Below are positions 45,901 through 49,603 of a stretch of DNA of 49,603 nt, piece after piece. This DNA comes from Gammaproteobacteria bacterium. GTDB lineage: Bacteria > Pseudomonadota > Gammaproteobacteria > JBPCXB01. The DNA is taken from NCBI GenBank assembly GCA_051008935.1, contig JBPCXB010000144.1:1-49603 (forward strand), written 5' to 3'. Numbering within the stretch: the stretch's first letter is position 1; each line of letters opens with the position of its first letter. Below the pieces are notes generated by a model that had not been told where the DNA came from, did not search any database, and saw nothing but the letters and a program-made list of their open reading frames with translations. The translations under genes were made by a program, and so were the position numbers.

Positions 45901-47996
45901 GTTGGGACTTTCAAGTCGCCGTATCGGCCAGCGGTGCTAATGCACTGACTAACCAAACTTTCACACTGACTGCTGAAGTCAGCAACGCCGGCATTGCCAA
46001 CCAAGCAACATCTGCAAGCACGCTGACCTATTACCAATCCAGCGATGCGACCATCAGCTCAAGCGATACCTCACTAGGCACGGATCCCGTGGCTAGTTTG
46101 GCTGTTAATGCTTCGGACACTCAAGATATAACTCCAACGGCACCAGCAACTGCTGGCACCTACTATTACGGCGCCTGTATGCCGGCCACTGGTAACGAGC
46201 TGAATGCATCGGATAACTGCAGCTCTGGGGTGGCCATTACCGTGCGTGGTTGGGACTTTCAAGTCACCGCATCGGTCAGCAGTACCAGCGTAGAGGTTGC
46301 CGAAATGTTCACGCTGACTGCTGTAGTGAGCAACGCCAACGATGCTAGCGTGCCCGCATTTGCAAGCACTCTGAGCTATTACCAATCCATCGATGCAACC
46401 ATCGACTCAACCGATACCGAGCTAGACACGGATGCAGTAGCTACCTTAGCTGCGGGCGATTCGTCCACTCAAGATACAACCCCAACGGCACCGGTAACTG
46501 CTGGCACATACTACTACGGGGCCTGTATGCCGGCCACCGGTAGCGAATTGGATGCATCGGATAATTGCAGTGCTGGGGTAGCCGTAACTGTTACCGGCGA
46601 TTGGGACTTTCAAGTCACCGCATCAGTCAGCAGTACTAGTGTAAAGGGTAGTCAACCTTTCACACTGACTGCAGAAGTGAGTAACGCCAGCAGTGCTAGC
46701 GGGTCAGCACCTGCCAGCACACTAACCTATTACCAATCCAGCGATGCAACCATCAGCTCAGCCGATACTGAGCTAGACACGGATCCAGTAGCGATACTGG
46801 CTGCGGGTAATTCGTCCACTCACAGCAGCAGTGTAAGCATTTTCATGGCTTCTGGCACCTACTATTACGGGGCCTGTATGCCGGCCACCGGTGATGAAGC
46901 AAATGCAACGGATAACTGCAGTTCTGGGGTAGCCGTTACCGTTACCAGTGGTTGGAACTTCGCAGTCACCTTAGAGGCCAACAGTACCAGCCTAGAGGTC
47001 GGCGAAACTTTGACGCTGACTGCTGAAGTGAGCAACGCCGGCATTGCCAACCAACCAACACCTGCATCTACACTGACCTATACCGTAAATGAAAGTGGTA
47101 GTACTACGTTTGATACAATAGGCACGGATCCCGTAGCGATACTGGCTGCGGGCGATTCGTCCACCGAGACTATCGACACCATGGCCCCAGCGACGGCTGG
47201 TACGTACATAGTCATAGCCTGTATGCCGACCACCGGTGACGAATTAGATTCAGCGGATAACTGCAGTTCTGGAGTGGCCATTACCGTTACCGCTGGTTGG
47301 GACTTTCAAGTCACCGTATCGGCTAGCAGTACCACTATAGGGGGTACTGAATCTTTGACGCTGACTGCCGAAGTAAGCAACGCCAGCAGTGCAAACGGAC
47401 CAGCACCAGTAAGCACTCTGAGCTATTACCAATCTAGCGATGCAACCATCGACTCAACCGATAGCCTGCTAGATACGGATGCAGTGGCCAGCTTGGCGGT
47501 GGGCGAGTCGTCCACCCAAAGCGCGGTCATAATGGCTACAAATACTGCACCTGACACATACTATTTCGGAGCCTGTATGCCTGCCACTGGTGACGAATTG
47601 AATGCAACGGATAACTGCTCTGGGGTGGCCGTTACTGTGAGTGGTTGGGACTTTCAAGTCACCATATCGGTCAGCAGTACCAGCGTAGAGGCCGGTGACA
47701 CGTTGACGTTGACTGCAGTAGTGGGCAATGCCAGCCATGCTAGCGAGCCAACACCTGCAGAGACATTGACCTATTATCTACACGATGGTAGTAGTTTTAC
47801 CAGTGTAGGCACGGATCCAGTATCCATGATAGCTGTGGGCGAGTCGTCCACCCAGACTATCGACGTAATGGCTCCAGCGACTGCTGGCACTTATGTGTAC
47901 CACGCTGATATCTCAAATGGCGGTAGAGAATTAGCTGGTGATGATAACTCTGACAATACGGCCGATGTTACTGTCACGGCATCTACTGGCGGCTGA
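42954..47996 (+). CDS. Giant surface lipoprotein with 14 tandem Ig-like (CARDB-like) repeats
   Basis: GGAG RBS before ATG 42954; lipobox LAAC then a Ser/Gly8 linker; 14 repeats of about 116 aa starting W[DN]F.V, typically with YYYGAC..DNCS. Confidence 0.88.
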   Translation: MHAIVNHYHRFTNLVSGTLLFLITALVLAACSSGGGGGGGGADLVIEPANEGWDFQVTASVSSAVVAVGDSFTLTAMVSNASDASAPSPANTLTYYQSSDATIDSSDTELATDAVASLAVGASDTQDITPTAPTAASTYYYGACMPATGDELNASDNCSSGVAVTVTAGWDFQVTASVDSANVTGSTPFTLTAVVSNAGSASGPTPTRTLSYYQSSDATIDSSDTELDTAAVASLAAGASSNQSIDVTIASASGTYYYGACMPADSGDVDASNNCSSGVEVTVTSGWDFQVSLSVSSASVEVEEAFTVTAVVSNGGFANQPSPESTLSYYQSSDATISSADTELDTDAVASLAVDASDTQSFNATAPSVAGTYYYGACIPNTGNELETSDNCSAGVAVTVGGWDFQVTVSADSVVEGGQFFVLTTVISNASDAKGPTPASTLTYYQSSDATIDSTDTSLGTDPVASLAVDASDTENITLTAPAATGTYYYGGCMPATGIELNASDNCSLGVAVTVSTGWDFQVTASASSASILKGKDLTLTAEVSNASDALSPSPASRLSYYYSSDATIDSSDSFLASNAVPILTVGASLTDAITTNTVFLAHGTYYFGACMPATAGDANASDNCSAGVAVTVTGGWDFQVNLSVSSASVEVGDSLTLTAVVKNADGAALPTPEGTLLYEELDSDYNVTLIGMDTVPILAVGDSSTQDFSTTAPATAGSYTYRACAPFGGMEQLPGDNCSSLVAVTVTSSWDFTVTASVDNTSVAVGDSFTLTAMVSNASDASAPTPANTLRYYQSSDATISSADTELDTDAVAVLAAGDSSSQDTTPTAPATAGTYYYGACMPATGDEANAADNCSAGVAVIVGGWDFQVTASVSSANVSGSTPFTLTAMVSNASSADGSTPTSTLTYYQSSDATIDSNDTPQGTDPVASLAAGTSDTYSIDPTAPTASGTYYYGACMPATGTELNATDNCSSGVAVTFTSGWDFQVAVSASGANALTNQTFTLTAEVSNAGIANQATSASTLTYYQSSDATISSSDTSLGTDPVASLAVNASDTQDITPTAPATAGTYYYGACMPATGNELNASDNCSSGVAITVRGWDFQVTASVSSTSVEVAEMFTLTAVVSNANDASVPAFASTLSYYQSIDATIDSTDTELDTDAVATLAAGDSSTQDTTPTAPVTAGTYYYGACMPATGSELDASDNCSAGVAVTVTGDWDFQVTASVSSTSVKGSQPFTLTAEVSNASSASGSAPASTLTYYQSSDATISSADTELDTDPVAILAAGNSSTHSSSVSIFMASGTYYYGACMPATGDEANATDNCSSGVAVTVTSGWNFAVTLEANSTSLEVGETLTLTAEVSNAGIANQPTPASTLTYTVNESGSTTFDTIGTDPVAILAAGDSSTETIDTMAPATAGTYIVIACMPTTGDELDSADNCSSGVAITVTAGWDFQVTVSASSTTIGGTESLTLTAEVSNASSANGPAPVSTLSYYQSSDATIDSTDSLLDTDAVASLAVGESSTQSAVIMATNTAPDTYYFGACMPATGDELNATDNCSGVAVTVSGWDFQVTISVSSTSVEAGDTLTLTAVVGNASHASEPTPAETLTYYLHDGSSFTSVGTDPVSMIAVGESSTQTIDVMAPATAGTYVYHADISNGGRELAGDDNSDNTADVTVTASTGG
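43110..47990 (+). repeat. Intragenic tandem repeats, 14 units of about 349 bp
   Basis: Recurring TGGGACTTTCAAGTCACC, TATTACCAATCCAGCGATGC, GGGGCCTGTATGCCGGC, GATAACTGCAG; first unit at 43110, last at 47646. Confidence 0.95.
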
Positions 47997-47997
47997 T

Positions 47998-48472
47998 GAC
48001 TGGTACTCTGTTTCTCTTTCTCTAAAGGCGTGACTGGTACTTCTTTTCTAAAGGCGTGACCTTTACTCTTTTTCTAAAGGCACTCCTCGACAAGCTCGAA
48101 GTGCGTAGTGGAGTAAGAGAAGTTTATGTTTAAGTCGTGTGGTGGTGTAGCCGGACTGGTGCTTAAGTCTGTCTAGTACACAACGCTGGACGAGCTTGTC
48201 TCGTCCAGCCTTTAGAAATAAAAAAGTAAAAAAAAGCCAGCGGCAAGCTCAAGACGCGTAGTGGAGTAGAGGGACTGGTGTTTAAGGCTATCTAGTGCCC
48301 AACGCTGACCGAACTTGGACTGTTACTCTTTCTCTAAAGGCACTCCGACTGGTACTTTTTCTCTAAAGACGCCCCTCGACACGCTCAGGGCGCGTAGTGG
48401 AGTAAGAGAAGTTTATGTTTAAGGCGCGTAATGGAGTAGAAGGAATTTATGTTTAAGGCTATCTAGTACACA
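47998..48472. repeat. Right cluster of the same REPIN/MITE-like repeats (full unit 48074-48215; partial units about 48244-48317 and 48363-48472)
   Basis: Same GACTGGTACT..CTAAAGG ends, hairpins, ~33-bp modules and CTRTCTAGT motif, in the same orientation as the left cluster. Confidence 0.85.
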
Positions 48473-48597
48473 GACGCCCTACAAACTTGAAAACATCCTA
48501 AAATGCATCTTTTGAATCTTGCAATTGCACCAGAGCAGATCGCCGTGAAGCCTCAAGAGCAGCATATAGTGCACGCAACGCCCAGATACTGACCGCC

Positions 48598-49449
48598 ATG
48601 AAAATCGCTATAGACTTTGGCATCAGCACCAACGATCTGGTCATCCAAACTGGGGAACAGCTCAATACCGAACAGCTGCAATACTACAATTTCCCCTCCA
48701 GCCAGCCTGCAAGCACTGAGTATCTGGAGCTATTACTCAAGCAGACCGGCGTGGATCTGGATCGAATCAGCCATATTGCGGTGACAGGGGGGCACTCAGC
48801 CCGCATTGCAGATCGATGGAGAGATCTGCCCATAACTAAGGTCAACGAAATTGACGCGCAGGGGGCCGCTTGCGCAGTACTGGAACCGGCTTCTGCCGAC
48901 TGGCAGAAACCTTTGTTGATAGTCAATACCGGCTCTGGCACTACCTGTGTGCTGGTATCTGATAAAGGCACATTGCACGTCGGCGGCACCGCTATGGGCG
49001 GCGGCACGCTGGTCGGGCTGTGCAGCCTGTTGCTAAATACCAAAGACCCGGAAGAAATCGCCCAGCTTGCAGAGTCCGGGCAAAGCCAATCCGTAGATCT
49101 GACCATCCACGATGTTGCTTCAAACCCTGTAGGCACCCTGCCACCCGACGCCACTGCCGTCAATTTTGGCCAATTGATTCACCAGAGCCCCACCCTGAGC
49201 CGTCAGGATATAGCTGCCGGCTTAGTCAACCTGGTAGGGCAATCCATTGCTCTGACTGCTCTTTCGGCCGCCCTAATGACCGATGCTAAGACGATCTGCG
49301 TAATCGGGCGCACCAGCAGCCTGAAAGCGATACGCCACTCTATGGAGCGCGTATTCTCTTTGCCCTGGGGTAAAAAACAGCCGATCATCTTCCCCCGCCA
49401 TGCTGGCAGCGCCAGTGCGCTCGGTTGCCTGAGCCTGAGCAACGGCTAG
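48598..49449 (+). CDS. Type II (Fumble/CoaW-like) pantothenate kinase
   Basis: IAIDFGIS, VTGG, VNEIDAQG, NTGSGT, VGGTAMGGGTLVGL, VDLTIHD, AVNFG. Confidence 0.82.
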   Translation: MKIAIDFGISTNDLVIQTGEQLNTEQLQYYNFPSSQPASTEYLELLLKQTGVDLDRISHIAVTGGHSARIADRWRDLPITKVNEIDAQGAACAVLEPASADWQKPLLIVNTGSGTTCVLVSDKGTLHVGGTAMGGGTLVGLCSLLLNTKDPEEIAQLAESGQSQSVDLTIHDVASNPVGTLPPDATAVNFGQLIHQSPTLSRQDIAAGLVNLVGQSIALTALSAALMTDAKTICVIGRTSSLKAIRHSMERVFSLPWGKKQPIIFPRHAGSASALGCLSLSNG

Positions 49450-49455
49450 AAACCT

Positions 49456-49531
49456 TGGTGGAGCCAGTCGGGATCGAACCGACCACCTCCTGCTTGCAAA
49501 GCAGGCGCTCTACCAGATGAGCTATGGCCCC
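49456..49531 (-). tRNA. tRNA-Ala(TGC)
   Basis: Reverse complement GGGGCCATAGCTCA...CCTGC-TTTGCAA-GCAGG...GTTCGATC...TGGCTCC-ACCA, 76 nt, G3:U70 pair. Confidence 0.97.
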
Positions 49532-49603
49532 GTGCTAACAATTTTACGCCCGATTGACCCGCCGGACTAGTCTGCACGCCAGCCATAGCAGCCAGTGCCA
49601 CCC

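Noticed and set aside
43632-47738. Repeated antisense ORFs within the giant gene
   Set aside because: Shadows of the repetitive sense-strand coding sequence.
43110-47990. Seven D/E-x-N-x-S/T sequons (ELNAS, DANAS, ELNAT, EANAT) as N-glycosylation targets of the GT-C protein
   Set aside because: They coincide with the repeat's structural acidic/Asn motif and alternate freely with Asp; the GT-C protein lacks a true WWDxG motif.
42429-48215. Repeat units as integron attC sites
   Set aside because: No consistent RYYYAAC...GTTRRRY box pair enclosing the stems, no single site per ORF, and no integrase.
42393-48472. Flanking repeats as a CRISPR array
   Set aside because: Modules are degenerate and abut one another without unique equal-length spacers; no cas genes in the window.

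Overview
Chromosomal window from what looks like a divergent Gammaproteobacterium (inferred from recBD, infC-rpmI-rplT-pheST-ihfA-tRNA-Pro, aceEF and argA); it may be host-associated. Housekeeping content: recB (5'-truncated by the window), recD, the infC to ihfA operon with a non-ATG infC start, aceE/aceF, argA, ilvD, an M1 aminopeptidase, three acyl-CoA dehydrogenases, a type II pantothenate kinase and three tRNAs. Four accessory loci stand out. (1) Three tandem, short, paralogous trimeric-autotransporter-like proteins share a motif I do not recognise and sit between a GT-C-like membrane protein and a polyprenyl-phosphate GT2. (2) A Zorya-like zorA/zorB pair has a third gene resembling a ZorE-type N-terminal domain with no HNH nuclease. 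(3) A probable spt-bCerS-cerR ceramide operon lies divergent from an LTA-synthase-family gene. (4) A 14-repeat Ig/CARDB-like giant lipoprotein gene is flanked on both sides by clusters of a modular REPIN/MITE-like element whose hairpins show compensatory base changes. No integrase, transposase, CRISPR array or rRNA was seen. All family assignments are from motif recognition by eye, not database searches.
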